Numbered from the stretch's first letter, positions 25,201 through 38,898 are shown. The stretch is 64,000 nt of DNA from Tubiluchus corallicola (GCA_030141605.1 JAQGDQ010000042.1:682001-746000), one strand, 5' to 3'. Notes: generated by a model from the sequence alone, not told the origin. Program-made: numbers and translations.

Positions 25201-27104
25201 TATTTCTATGATTTCTTACACAAATTTAATAAAATGACATTTTTTTATAGTTTACGATGTTTCCGGAGCTGCTAGTGATCGAAATGTCGTTGTCTTGAAC
25301 GACATTCACATTGATATAATGGATTATATTGTACCAGCCGTTTGCACTGATACAGAGTTCAGGCAAATGTGGGCAGAATTTGAATGGGAGAACAAGGTAT
25401 GTATTAAGTTTTGAAGTGATTGGTTGTTTATAAAACGTATAGTTTATCAATGAAATGATCATTTTCTAGGTAGTTAATGTGTTTATTTGTTTCCAGGTAT
25501 CTGTTAACACTAACATCAAAAGCTTAAATGAGTACTTGCAGCATCTGATCAAGTCTACAAACATGAAGTGCCTGACTCCAGAGAACGTATCAACCAATGA
25601 TCTGGTAAATTTTCTACTGTTTCTTGCAATTTCAGTAAGGCATTTAGTCATTATCGTTACAGATAAATCATTAAAGTGGACCGAGTATTTGGTTATGTGC
25701 TATCTACCTTGTTGTTAACTTGCTAACTTAGAGGATATCTAAGGGTGCTCCAGTTGGCAAGCCAGGTTGGGAAACTTGTTGAAGCAGTAGTAATCAAGTC
25801 TATTTTAACTGGCATGAATTAAATCGTGTGGCTTAGTGAAAATCAATACAGTATATCAATCCAGTCCATTGTATTTTTGTGCCTACAAGCCTTGTGATCT
25901 CAGATAGTATGGAACATGTCATAGACTGACAGGAGTTAGATCTGTTTACAGGCTACATGGTCCATGGATTAATAGGAGCTAGGTCTTGTTTACAGGCTAG
26001 AGGTTTCACCACAGATATAAATGCAAGAAATGTGTTCGTGGCATTTAAATCTGTGGGTTTCGGTCAGTAGGAAACATGTCCTACATTAAATGGATTCTGT
26101 GGATTCTTGGTGGAACAGTACATTTACGTCACATACGTGCTTCTGTTTGCAGGCTCTATCTGGAGAATGCGGTTTTATGGCTGCAAATCTCTATGCACGT
26201 TCTATCTTTGGAGAAGATGCTCTTGCTAATGTTAGCATAGAGAAAGACTCGAGTAATCCTGATTCATCTGTCTGTGGCCACATTCGAATTCGTGCCAAAA
26301 GTCAGGTATACATGTTTGCTAGAATATTAAAGGCTTTTTAAATAATTTTGTTGATCAGTCAATTCTACAGAAGAATGTTGTCTAGTAATTTGTCTCAACG
26401 AAAAGTACACATATCAGACAAAAATGTGTCAACTTCTAAAAAAAGTGACTAGAATATGTTGCATATATTTGTTACACTACAAAAATACTGCAAAAACACA
26501 GCACACTTTCACGAGTGCACATGAACGTTTTGTCGACCAAATGATGTAGTAGTATATTACTGTATATTACTGCTACTTTTTATTTCTACAAACTTATTAC
26601 TAGTAGACTAGTACTTATCTTAAAAAATAGTAATAGCAACAACATTGTATCAGTATTTTTGTTGTTACAACAACAGAAGTAGTTACTGTGTGAATCCATT
26701 AATTTTAATTATATTTGATTTGGTTCACAAGTTTCACAGGTATGATACGGGTTCAGTTCAAATTCGGTGGAAAAAGTTTAGTAGACATTGGCTCAGTTCA
26801 GATTCGGTAGTTTTCGGTCTGGGGTATCTCATTAAAACTTTACCTTTGAAAACTACAAAAGGAAGCATTTGTTTGTACACCTTGTCTCGTGACTTGTTAT
26901 ACAAGTGCTTGGCAAATGGTTCACTCTCATAACTAACGTAGTTATCATTTAAAACTGTTAGTAAATGCAGAGCATCAACCTCATGTGAATTATGTCGTGT
27001 TAAAAAAATCCTAAAGAGATTAATTTTTGCAGGGCATGGCATTGAGTCTTGGTGATAAGATCAATCTAACACAGAAGAAAATGAAAGCAGAAGCCGGAGC
27101 ATAG
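11437..27104 (+). CDS. COPB1: Coatomer subunit beta (beta-COP), complete, ~958 aa
   Basis: 23 phase-consistent GT-AG exons: 11437-11521, 12573-12694, 14381-14491, 14916-15085, 15886-16093, 16626-16763, 17036-17125, 17495-17632, 17750-17893, 18147-18293, 18506-18638, 19826-19958, 20889-21009, 21953-22024, 23426-23581, 23759-23851, 24226-24315, 24658-24802, 24923-25042, 25251-25396, 25497-25586, 26153-26305, 27033-27104. Hallmark peptides are [79 protein letters not shown] and [16 protein letters not shown]. Confidence 0.97.
11670..12111. repeat. 26-bp minisatellite, 17 copies (consensus AATCTGAGAGCACTGTGCAATGTGTT), in the first coding-region intron of COPB1
   Basis: Head-to-tail units at an exact 26-bp period with no spacers. 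The last three units are more diverged. Confidence 0.97.
12882..13325. mobile_element. Probable MITE with diverged TIRs
   Basis: TAGGCTGACAATAAAAATACTTCTGTTTCCATATGAT resembles the reverse complement of CATATGATAAGATAGAAACAAAATTTTTTGTGGTCAGGA. CTGGCC(T/C)TAGA occurs near both ends. Confidence 0.45.
16114..16257. repeat. Compound microsatellite (GTA)n-(GTAGCA)n-(GCA)n-(TAA)n in a COPB1 intron
   Basis: Directly visible; starts about 20 bp after the donor site at 16094. Confidence 0.97.
20286..20530 (+). repeat. Interspersed repeat family B, copy 1 (inverted relative to 22420-22696)
   Basis: AGTTTTAACAGCTAGCTAGAACCTTACCTA is a perfect reverse-complement match to 22667-22696. Similarity continues through CAAGATCCTGCTAGTAAATCA, CACGTAAAACAAC, AAGTTACTGAACTG and TGACCTACAGCA. 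Confidence 0.9.
21508..21705 (+). mobile_element. tRNA-derived SINE; a headless copy of its body lies at ~21265-21362
   Basis: A-box-like TATCTCAGCTGG, B-box GGTTCAAATCC and a CTAGT/ACTAG acceptor-like stem (21508-21578). The body at 21590-21682 is a diverged direct repeat of 21265-21362. Confidence 0.65.
22420..22696 (-). repeat. Interspersed repeat family B, copy 2 (inverted)
   Basis: Reverse complement aligns by eye to 20286-20530, with one ~20-bp indel. Confidence 0.9.
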
Positions 27105-27779
27105 GCATTCTTTAATTACAATGTTTGAGCAGTTACAGTTCTGTTCTAGGTGATTTTGCAACATTTCTTCTTTAATTTAAACGACCAGGAAGGTGTCATA
27201 GCTCGAAAATGACGCTTTCAAATTTGTGTTTCATTGATTTTGTCTTTACTTCAATTCATTTATTGCTCTTTCATAAACATTTCATTCAGCTAAAACAAAT
27301 TGATAACTGTACACTAACATGATATATTAGCTGAACTGCATAACTTGTAAATTATAAATTGAAGAAATTTTTTCATTTGTCTGTTTTTGTTTTGCACAAA
27401 CTTTGCGTGGAAAAATCATTTTCAGAATTTGTTAATTGTTGGTATATATTTGTTGGTTAAAAGGTAGCTATAATTAATAATTTTTAAACACAAAAAACTA
27501 ACAGTTTGTCGTTCCTCTAAGGTTTATGTACATACATACATAAGGTTGGATAATTGAATACAAATATTTACTATCAATAAAGACAGTACATCACAAACAA
27601 TAACATGTCCTGTGTTTTCTTGTTTAAAAAGTGCTTGTGAAATGGCTACTCATATCGTTCAATGATATTTCGACCACCTTGGTTTTTCTGAGTAGTTGTG
27701 CGAAAGCTCTAATAGCATATTTGTCAAATTACAGCAAACTATTGCATCATCAGTGTGTTCTCACTGCACAGGTGTGTAA

Positions 27780-30700
27780 CTAGAGGAGTTGCTTTACAAT
27801 ATGTGCTGCTTCCACATATGTAGCTGTAGGTTTCAAAACTCTCTGTTCTACCACTGGCACTGAGGGAAACCTGAAAAAATAAATCAGACTAATGAAACGT
27901 GTAAAAAAATGTAATTTGCATTGGTGAACTGGAAAAAAAATCAAACAGAGTTTGACGTAATGGCACCTTCAAACACATTTGTTGCACCGATACATCGAAA
28001 ATTGTTTTTCGAATACGTTGCTTATTCATTATTTTTCACACTATGAGAGTGCCAATTTTTATCACAACTGCCAGTCTGACCAACGTCAATTACTGACAAT
28101 TGATCAACAATGACAAAGAAAGACATTAAACATTCAGACTGTCTATCTACTGCTTTTAAGAGAATTCTTGTTGAAACCTTTTCATCAACAGATTTGGACA
28201 TTGAAAGAACTTATATGGATATGTATTTGTCTTTATAGTATTATAATGCAAACTTACGGGACGTTCGTCTTGTTGTTTATCACTAACAGTGGATTTGCAG
28301 TTGCTAAAGTCTCTTCATTGACAGATATTCCATCTAGGTACTGCTTGAGCAGAAGTCTGAGCTGATCATTTTCCTATAGTGAAACATTGTCATTAGAGTT
28401 ATAATTGTATCGTCATCGATAAGCATGCATAGTAAGTGCCGCTTAATAGACTCAATTTGGGATGAAAGTTTTTTGATCCAATTAATGGTTGAATCAGCTA
28501 GCCGACTGATGTAGTATTACTAGTATAGAAGTATGAATCATTATTTATCAGCTTAATATGCACTGCAAATGCTTTAAAAGAATTTTAGAAGTGAATTAAC
28601 GCCTAAATTCCTACGTGCAATTGTTTAAGAATACAAGTTTATATAAATGTGTTAATAAAATAATATTGAATTGCATAATCTGCTTATTTATACTAAAAAC
28701 TACAAAAAGTTCGGTGCAAGGTCGGTTTATTCATTTTTTTTCGGAAGAAGCTGGTTTATCAAGTTCTCATGCTGGTAAAAATGTTGAAAATCTGTCGCTG
28801 TATGCTGCACATATTCCTGCAAAACACTTACATGTTTTTTCCCCATGGAAAGCAGTTGGTGGTGCTCCTGTGAAAAGCAGTGAGAACTTCAAAAGCAAAC
28901 TGCTTGGCAAGTGAGTGAATGTTTAGTTTCCAGAAACAATGAGGTTAATTATATACTCGTGTGTAAACAAAACGGTACTTAATACGATTGTTTCTATGCA
29001 CATTATAGTGCACAAAAGTGAAGTAAAGATCACATAAAAATGCAAAAGTGTCATAAAAGTGTCTTATTTTAAGTGCGTGAAACAAGACTGATTCTATTAA
29101 TCGTGAATTTAAAGGGCATCTACTGAGAAATTTTTGTGGTTTTTGGCTACTACACAATGCTGTAATTGTTGTCAACTTATGAGGGAAAGTTTACTGCAGT
29201 GTAAAGAAATGAAATGAATTTGCTTTGGCATTAACTCTTTTTTTCTCATACACATTATGTTACTGTGACTTGGCATACAGGTGTCAGGCTTCCTACTGAC
29301 CATGCAGCATCCACTAATTTTCAGTATTTGTTAACAGTAAACAGCTGCTGTAGAGACTCCAAGAAAAGGTTATTATGTGACTTGTTCATATCTAACAATT
29401 ATGATTATTATTTAGAATTAACAATAATTACATGATTGTGTCGATCATAATCACAAATATGATACCTGAGTCAACACGGATTTTTCTTTATCAAGCACCA
29501 CTTTATCCAACATGACTTTGCCGTATCGCCTCCAGAAGTTTTCGAGCGTTAAATAATCAAACAATTTCTGTAAAATCATGGGAAATGAATTATTCAATTT
29601 GATTTTTGTCCGTATTGTGGAGCAATTATAACAGCGTAGCATTTGAATTGTTAGTGGTAGATCACCGTGTTGTGCATGTTATTTATAACAACAAAGTCAG
29701 TGCTATCATTTGCTTATGTGATTATTATAGGCACCATTACTTACATTAGCTAATTGTTCTCTTGGCTGCTCTTGAATAGCATCATTAACCTCTGACATTT
29801 CATCATCTGTCAAACACGTCTTTCCAAATGGCAACACTTTCTCTTGTTCTGTTTCAAATCTTCGACACATTTCAGCAAGACGAAGAATTTGTTTGCCCTG
29901 CAATTACAAAATGAAAACTCTATATCTACAGTATGACATCTAATTACATGTTATAGAATGGTTTACAATAGTTATAATGTAAACAGAAGCCATTTGCAGA
30001 GTTTACTTGTAAATTCATCTTAATTAGTTTAGACTAAATTTGAAATTTATTCTTCACTTTTAATTATGGACAAATGCTTTTAATGTTTATTATGGTGAGT
30101 TACAAACAGAAACAGAAACCAAAGTCAAATGTTGTAACCTTGTCGCTGATGCTTCTTAGAGCTTTCAGTGTTTCTGTGCTTTCAGTAGTGAGTTTAATCA
30201 GATTTTGTCTTTCCATCTCTCGCTGTCTGTTCATTTCTGCTTTCAATTCATGTAGATGTTTCGACATGATTTCACGCTCCTGTATACAAAATTAGAGTCT
30301 GGATTACTATGTCTAATAAATTGCCTACTGAGCTTGATCACAAAAACATTTTTTATATGAGGATCTTAGATGTTGTTTAATGATTGCATTTTTTCGTGGC
30401 ACGTTATTATAGTTGTGCAGGACCACAAATGATGTCTGAAAAAAATTGTTGACCATAACAGTTTATAAATGCTAATTGCACAACTAGTGTCAACAGGATA
30501 CACATAATTCTTTCACTGAAAGTTTCATGTTCTTGTAGCACATGAGAGCTTTAAAAATATTAAAGTACACATCTGTCTGTATCATCCTCATGTTGTTAAA
30601 GGTTGTATCAAGTCGTTCTCGGTAACTGATTAATCAGTTTTATAACATCTAATGCAAACTTTTGTCATTTCAGTAAAGTATGCTAGGCCTTTAAAGGACA

Positions 30701-33700
30701 CGAAAAGGGGTACTTGAAGAAAGTTTCAGAAAAATCGCCTTAAAAAATTATATTAGTTAATAGCAATTTTATGCATATATCATACTCACATTGAATTTGA
30801 AAGGATTTCTTGTATCGTTTCATTTTAAATCTCCCACAATACTGTTCCGACTGCGCCATACATGACATTACATACACACAATGTAAATCAGGGGAAGAAA
30901 AGGAAATGTTAAACTATGTCCCAAAAAAACTTTCCATGTAAAGTTATATTACTTAGCATTTCGCTTACCTGCTTGAAAGACTTATATAACTAGGAAAGAA
31001 AATTATTAGTTATTTTAAATGTTTTCACCAATTGGTAAAATGGCATTGACTCACCACTCCTAGGTGCACCACTCACTAACCAAAAAAAAATGTATTTTTA
31101 ATCTTACTGACAAGATACAGTAATTTAAAATTTTACTTAGTGATGTGTGCACTACGAATGCTTTGATTATTTTTTCAAACTTTACACAGTGTTATCTAAA
31201 CTTGTTTCAAATTACTTTATAGTCAAAATGGCAGTGCCTAACGGTCACCGCAGGAGTTTAAATTTACATGTTTTATACAGCATTACTGCCAATGCAAGCC
31301 CTGTATGCAAAAAGGCAGTATGTATGCGGTATAAAATTTCAAGAAGAATTATTTAAGCTTTATGTAAGTGGAGGGTTTTCTTGTGCTTTAAACAATAAGC
31401 AAAACCATTATAACGCACATCTTGTTACCTCTCTTAGTTTGCTGTTCTTTTCTTCATTCTCCTTTGTGTTATGAGCCATCTTTGTTTTAATTTGACTAAT
31501 TTGATCCTAGATTAACAAATTCTGCATTGCATTTACTGCATGATTTGCAACATTAAAAACAGAATAATGGAAATGTTATTCACTGTAAGGCCCAATGGTT
31601 TTACACTATCTCACTTGTTTAAGCTGGTTTTAATCCCGAAAGAGACTATCCATCTGTTACTTCTTAAACTTAAAGTTTCACAAATGAAGGATAATAAATG
31701 AATATACAAATATGTTTCACAATACAAAAAACTTCAACTCTTAGTATGCCATCCTCATTAAAAATCCTGCACACGTATAAAAATTACTTCTAAGCCACAT
31801 AGTGCCTTGCCTTACCGAAAGTTTCTGCAGTTTTCGCAACTGAGTGTCGATCTCAAATGTGTTAGTTTCATCTTTGATACGCAATTCCTCGAACGCACGC
31901 CTCCTGTCCTCAGTTGCGTCATTATAAGCTTTAAGCGCCAACTGGAACTGCACCCATAGATCTTCTATTGTGGTTTCTAATTGCATTCGTAACATGTGCT
32001 TCTCTTCAAGATTCTAATAAAATACAGCATTATACTTTCGTATGTCAGGACAAACCAGGTTGCTAGTAATAAACACAATCTCGAACATTTCCTAGTATGT
32101 CTCTTTCAGGTAAATGTAAAAGGTAATGGTTAGGGTTAGGGTTAGGGTTAGTTACTTCTCTAACAGTGAAGCTGTTTTACTTTTACAAGTAAAGTTATGA
32201 AATGGTTAACATACTTCATACCTTATTTTTTATCTCATCTCTCGAACTCTGGAACTCTACTTTTGAATCATTTTCAGAATCCTGAAATCTAAAAGCACAA
32301 GCCATCAAAACTTCCCTTGAAGTACAGTTACTTCAAACTACAGAATTTGTTTTCTCTTCAATTAAATACAATATTATGCAAAAGGAGTATTGTTAATAGT
32401 ATAAATCCTACTTAGCATTGAAACGAATTGTTTGACATTTTGTTAGCCTGTTTACTATGTACATACACCTGCCTTGTATTTTGTTTAAGTGTTCACTGCA
32501 CTAAAAACGTTTTCATTATAATACTGTTTGGCCTGCATTAGGTAATTTTTTAGTCAATAAAGTCAATCAATCAGTCAATCATAAAAACTGATTTAAGCTT
32601 ACAAAGACACAAAAAAGACTTTTTATAGTGTTCCATATCATTATTAGTTTCTACAAACTGCACTACATATAAAAGTGATTACAAATACCTATGCTCCATG
32701 GTGAATGCTACGTCTAGCAACTCATTAAGTTGTTTTTCATGACTGTTTATAATAGCTTCTCTTTCTGTCTCGTATTCCTGCACAATCCAAGATTGTTCTT
32801 CTTGGAAATGATTGTCAAGTAATGACAACCTTTCTTTGTGTATCTCTGTGGTAGAAATAACGCCAGATTATGGTAATTTTTTTGTCATCAAACAACTCAA
32901 GAGTATTTTTCTCTATTAACTGTAGTTGTGTGATAATAATTGATAAAAAGAATTGTTTTTGGACATTTTGACATACTGGTGGTGAGTCACTACAAATACG
33001 CAAACATGTACGACAGGCTTGATTTATTACGTTAATAATTGTGGCGGGACCAGAACCACCACACTATCAAGGATAATCCTCTAGAAGAACAGCTGGACCA
33101 GTAGAAGTGGCATAGGCACATTTTGAATATACATATACATCTTCTTACAGTGAGAGAAATAGTTGATGGCAGTACGGCAGATGAAAGTGCTTTGAAGCAC
33201 TAAACTATTTATCAACCAAGCCTACTATTGCTGGTCCTGTTAGTTTGCTTGACTTAGTCAGTGATACAACCTTCTGAGCTTATGGTTGGTCAAAAAGCCA
33301 ACTTTAGCAGGTGCTATGTAATCACAGCTGCATAAATCTCTGTTACATTCTCATGCAAGCTTAAGAAATACAATAAAGTCAATAATATTACCATCAAGTT
33401 TGCTAAGATTGTGTAGATGACTACGAAGTGCCATAGAATGCTGTTCCTCTGCTTCTTCTAGATCTTTAACTAATGCCTTAGAAAGAAAGCAGAAATTATT
33501 ATGACCATAACATAATGCATAGTTATGAGCATTTATGAGAAGATCTTATATACGTTGTGCTCAAGTTACGTGTCATGTTACATTGTATATGTAAGAGATC
33601 ACTGGTATAAAAATAAAGGAAATACTTATTGCAATTTTGTTAGAGTGATCTGCACATTAAGTCTCCAAGTGAACTTGGTAAAGGAGTCGTGTCCTACTGT

Positions 33701-36363
33701 ATGTTGAGCGATTAGTGATTACGTAAGTGATAATAGAAACTTGCAAATAAACAAGTTCATTACCCTTTTAAGACTGCATACTCATAATACATTTATTAAT
33801 TACTCATTTGTATTTACCTTTTGATCCACAAGTTATGTACATCAATGTGATCACTGTACAGAAAGGTTAGCACATCAACAGATAAAAAATAAATAAGCAA
33901 ATTCAAATCAGTAATAAAATGATTTACAGGCACACACAGTTATGTTATAACATTATTAAAAGTTACATATCGAAAGTATGGGAGTCAATTCATTATTGAA
34001 TTTATTCAGTTCATTGTGTGTAAAGAATTCTCTATCATCCATCTCCATTGCAAATTCTTTGATCAGATTATCATTTTTGTTTCACTGGTTTGCTCAAAAT
34101 AATTGTATTAGTGACATTTCTTGATAAAACAATAATATCTTAATAAATTTTTGACACACTTTAAACACTATAAGTTTAATCTTTTATGATAAAATAATTG
34201 CTAAACAGCAGCCGTCATTTAAAAAAGCTTTTCCAGTCTCAGAAGGAAGTGCTCTTTTGATCGTTACCCCGTATCCACCTTGTAGGTTTCATTTCTATCT
34301 TGTACATACACTCAAACAATTGACCTTGGCTATAAAGAGACTCGGTTATAGAAAGCAATTTTTCACAGTCCTTTGAAACTCGCTATAAGTGGATTATACT
34401 GTAAGTATTTAGTTTAAACTAGATATATAAAATTTAATGAATCTTTTACAAAAATTGATTACCAGGTCTGTCTGTGTTGGTAATATATGGTAAACGTTGC
34501 ATGTGACAGTTATATAGGAATTTGCAAATAGTTATGATCCATGAAATTTCAATGCTGTTTATAAATGTATTATCCAGTCGCCATATTTGAGAACTATAAA
34601 AGCAGTGGTAATAAATTTTAATCAATTCTGATGTAAAATCTGATTTAACGATGATTTTAACAAACCAAAAATTATGCGTTACATTGATAAATGAAGCCAC
34701 CACTCTTACTGAGTATTTCATCTTCATCAGTAAATTTACAGTTCAATGTATGACCATTGATCAAGATTTGCCACCTTTTCACACCAAGTAAGTGGAACAT
34801 TACTAAGAACTACTAAGGGGTTGTATAATAGCAGCTGTACCAATTTTAATGTATACCTTTATCACACTGTCCTTTCTGTCTACTACACGTTCAAATGTTT
34901 GACTCAGTATTTCAATGTCTTTTCTCAATTCTTCAGTCTTTGCTTCTCGTAGGAGGACTCGCCACTGAGCATTTACCTTGTTGGCATTAAATTCAGTATT
35001 CTGATGTTCCTTGACAAATTTGTCCTGGAAAAGTGTCATTTGTTAATATGTTATAGCGAAAGTGTACTAATCAAAGTCAGTTAAATGAAATAAGCTTTAA
35101 TTTATGATTAACAGGTCATCAAAATAATTAGTGAGGATTGTTGCTTATCAGAGCGCAAAAGTTGTTGTAAATAAAGGATCACAGAATCTGACACTATAAG
35201 AGAAGTATCAGCAGATAGGCAACAAGGTTGCAACTACCAAACAACTTCTATTTTTTAGCCATAAAAATTGTATGGCGACATGGCATGTTAGCAAACTCCT
35301 CTTGGATCTCAAATATGCAATGCCAAATGTCAGAGTAACCAGAAATTATACATGCAGGGCAAACTTTTATAAAATATAGCAGTCAGGTTGAATAGATTCT
35401 GGTCACTGCAGTATTATTAGTGCTATGCATTATCAATGTACAGTAGGTGTTGCTTGATAGACTCACTTTGGGATTGAAGTGAATTAACCGAATGAATCTG
35501 TTAGGTTTTTAATGAATCTTAGAAACGAAGTAATGCCTAAACTCTTTGCGCAGGTAAAAATTTTTAAAGTGATTTAATAATAACATAAAAAGCCTACTTT
35601 CCTAAAAAACACCAGCTTCTGCTTCATTTTCTTGTGAAAAAATTGCCTCACAAAGTTTATGCTCCATTTTTAAAATTGGACGGGCGTTACATTTGAATAG
35701 GAGCGGCCAAAACCAGGCGTTTGTCAGTCAATTAAGCAAATGAGCCTATTAACAATGAGTCTAATGAACAGTACCTACTGTATCATCCTAGATGCAGAAG
35801 TTACAATGTAGCACTGAAGCCTAGATACTAAAGCCTAAATGAAGCTAAACAATTTAATTAATTTATAAAATGTTAAATGCATCAATAAGTGTATTTTATG
35901 AAACAGCCTGATTTTATGAAATAATGTCTTGTACATATTCCCAGTATAGTTGCACATTTACAAATTACAGCATAAAAGTGTTGTTCAATTATTCCATAAC
36001 TTCTTAGCAGCAGCAACAGCAACAACAGCAATAGCAACAGCAACAACAACAGCAACAAAGTCTGAATAATGTATGCAATATGTCAGATGCTTGTGTCATA
36101 GGCAAGCCACTCTACCCTAAAACTAGTGAACAACTTTTCTGTAGAAAACATTAGCCCCAAGTACAAAAAAAAACATTCTGTAACTGATAAATTATAAAAA
36201 GGTAAAAAAAACAAAGTTGTTCACCAACCTTCAAAAACAGTGCAAGCATCTCTTCTTTCTTTTTCTGCAGCTCCTCTTCAGCTTGTATCTTCTGCTCCAA
36301 ATACAATATTTTCTCCTCCTCCGACATCTTAGAAAGCTTTTTTGTCCCCTTCTTCTTAGGCAT
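27780..36363 (-). CDS. CCDC65: Dynein regulatory complex subunit 2 (DRC2 / coiled-coil domain-containing 65), complete, ~496 aa
   Basis: 12 phase-consistent minus-strand exons: 36229-36363, 34857-35024, 33392-33476, 32689-32845, 32222-32288, 31816-32013, 31429-31506, 30139-30279, 29745-29897, 29466-29567, 28258-28373, 27780-27870. Peptides [70 protein letters not shown] and [16 protein letters not shown] match DRC2. Confidence 0.95.
28430..29125. mobile_element. Tc1/mariner-type MITE, family A, copy 2 (more diverged)
   Basis: TAGTAAGTGCCGCTTAATAGACTCAATTTGGGA at the left end and GGGCATCTACTG at the right end. Internal GCCTAAATTCCT, TTGAAAATCTGTC and AAGTGTCTTATTTTAAGT are shared with copy 1. 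Confidence 0.75.
32127..32150 (+). repeat. Short interstitial (TTAGGG)n tract
   Basis: GGTTAGGGTTAGGGTTAGGGTTAG inside a DRC2 intron. Confidence 0.8.
33780..34810 (-). mobile_element. Decayed RTE-X-like LINE 3' fragment in a DRC2 intron
   Basis: The minus-strand peptide [28 protein letters not shown] resembles the post-RT 'YCxSFYGSQLW' region. A minus-strand AATAAA lies near 33792. Boundaries are approximate. Confidence 0.5.
35441..35780. mobile_element. Tc1/mariner-type MITE, family A, copy 3 (internally deleted)
   Basis: TA|CAGTAGGTGTTGCTTGATAGACTCA ... TGAGTCTAATGAACAGTACCTACTG|TA, with intact TA target-site duplication and CAGT termini. Confidence 0.85.
36005..36057. repeat. Imperfect (CAG/CAA)n microsatellite, intronic
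   Basis: Directly visible in a DRC2 intron. Confidence 0.85.
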
Positions 36364-36779
36364 TTTTGCGTTTTTTCTCAAACAACTAGAAAACATGTAA
36401 AAAAGATGCAAGAAGTGACCATACTAACAAAATATTAAGTGATTTCCAAAAAATTATTGAGCACAAAATGAATGTCTGAAATCAATAACTACAGCAAACT
36501 CCTGTTGGTTAAATTTTTCACAAAACTTCGCATCACCATTTTTGCCTATCCTTTAACCACTACCCATCACTAGTCTTCTCTATCCATAAGATAGGCCACA
36601 TATCAAGACGATTATTGATAATCAAAATTTTTTTTCGTTACAGTATCATCAATTTTGCTATTAGTATTAAATTTGTAACATTAACATTTATATGTACGTA
36701 GCAGATGTACAAAATTTTAAATTTTTTGAAACGGAACTTTATTGAAAAGAACGACACACAAGAAAGCCAAGTGTTAGAC

Positions 36780-38892
36780 CTGCATTTGGACAAGAGGTCT
36801 TTGGATTACAAGTCCATCTACTGTGATTATAACGGGCTCAGTTCTTTCCTAATTAATCTTCACAACCAATATTGTTTCTTTTGTACATAAATGATCTTGT
36901 TAACTGTTCTAACTTCCATACTAGAATCTTTGCAGATGACAATAATCTATTTTTAATAGATACTAAGATAATTAATTTACAAACCTCAGTTAATAGTAAA
37001 TTGCATAAGGTTAATCAGTGGATGAAAGCTAAACTGTCTATTAACTATGAAAAGACAAAATACATGTTGATTACGCCTGGTCGCAATACAGACACATATG
37101 AAAATTTCCAAATTTCAATGAATAATCAAATATTAACTAGATCTAAAGAAATTAAATACCTCGGTTTGTCCATTGATGGTAACTTAACATGGTCTATATA
37201 AATAAAACACATAACCTACATAATTAGCAAAATCAAGGGCATAATTGCCAGGATAAGACACTACGTAAATACAGATGTACTAGGACTAACATGCCAGGCT
37301 TTGGTTTATTCTTATCTTCACTATGGGATTCTTGCCTGGGGCACTGCATCATCAAATACTTTAAAACCAATACAAACTCATCAAAACATTATAGTTAAGC
37401 CGATGACATTTTCTGGTAGATGGGAACATGCAACACCATCCTACGTTGAATTGGGCTTCTTAAAACTAAATGATATCTACAAACTCAAGCTTGCAAAATT
37501 TGTATACAAATTCAAGTACAAATTACTACCAAAATTGTTTCTAAATTACTATATGTCAGTATCTGACATTCACAGTTACAACACTAGGTTTTCTACTAGC
37601 AGTTCTTTCTTCATCGAATGATTTAATACATCTAAGGATCAAAGGTCGTTAAAATATCAGGAATCAGTATTACGGAGCTCCCTACCTGCTCACATAACTT
37701 CTTTACCTCTGCATTCATTAAATAAAAAGTATACTAAGGCACTTCTTGAATCCCGCGTACATTCTTGTGGTAATTTTTGCTAAAAAAATTTTGTTTTTGA
37801 TGGTACAAACTCACCTTCTATAATGCTAGATGTCCAATGATGAACATGCATCTTATATTACAGGCAATACAGTCAGTAAAATGGACATAATAAATTGGTG
37901 CAGAAACAATTGTGAGGTATTTTCAATGAGTTGCTTAGCAGTTCATAAATTTGTCACTTAGCTATGCAATATGCATGCCTTACCAACTGTACTTAATTAA
38001 TTGCTTGCATGTTCAGCTATGCACTGCCTGCATGATGTCCAATTTGCATTGCCACAATCACACTTGCTGTCCAATTTTGATATGCTTTGCAAATAGTTTT
38101 GCTTTATTTTAATGCTTACCAGCTTGATTGCTAATACAGACACTTGATCGTTTATTGTGCATTTATATATTTTTGGCCTTTTCTTAGTATTGCTTAAAAA
38201 CTTAAAATATTGCTTATTTGTTAAATCAGACAGTTATTTGTTTTCTGTTGTTATGATAATTAAATCATCTGGATCATAAATTTGTCATTCTTCAAATTCA
38301 AAAATTTTTGATTAATGTATTGCAATTGTCAGGACAATTTATTTTGCTTTTTTTACATTTTTTTCATTCTTTTTGCTATTCACATGTATATTCATAGATA
38401 TATGCTACAACTTTCATAAAACAAACAGTTGATAACTATTACTTCCCTTAAAGTTACTGATTTAAATTTCATCTCACAATATTTAGCTATGCATATCTGA
38501 TAACCATGACTCAAGTTAAATTTTATCTTGCAAATGTTGTTTTTCTGAACATTAAAATATTCTCTTTGACCTGATTTTGTGTTTTGGACCATATATAATT
38601 ATCTTTAATGTTTGACTATATTTTCTTTAGGAATGACTGGTTTTTTGTTTTTTGTTGTTGTTGTATTTTTTATTTTTTTTGTATTTACAGACGTTTATGT
38701 ATTCGTCAGTTGTGTTTTGCTGTCATTAGCATGTTTTTGTTTACTTGTCTTTCTGAGAAGGGTGGTTGACTCGCTAACCTTTGGTTTTTCGCCACCCTTT
38801 CTCCCATGTTCATTTGTGTTTTTGTATATTTTATTGTTAAATTAGTATAAACTTATGGAGAAAAATAAAAAAAATTAGTTACTTACTTACTC
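36780..38892 (+). mobile_element. 5'-truncated CR1/L2-group LINE (RT C-terminal half plus 3' UTR), antisense within the putative DRC2 5'-UTR intron
   Basis: Peptides FLLYINDLVNCSNFHTRIFADD, KLSINYEKTKYM, IKYLGLSIDGNLTW, YSYLHYGILAWG and HSYNTR, broken by stops. The 3' stem-loop GAGAAGGGTGG..CCACCCTTTCTC (38755-38803) is followed by AATAAA and a (TTAC)n tail. Linking the tail to the RT part is inferred. Confidence 0.88.
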
Positions 38893-38898
38893 TTAAAA

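Noticed and set aside
32127-32150. Telomere or chromosome-fusion scar
   Set aside because: Only about 4 units in a short intron of an intact gene. Such tracts are common in invertebrate repeats.
36005-36057. Polyglutamine coding exon
   Set aside because: It is antisense to DRC2, intronic and lacks splice signals, and the flanking exons already join in phase.
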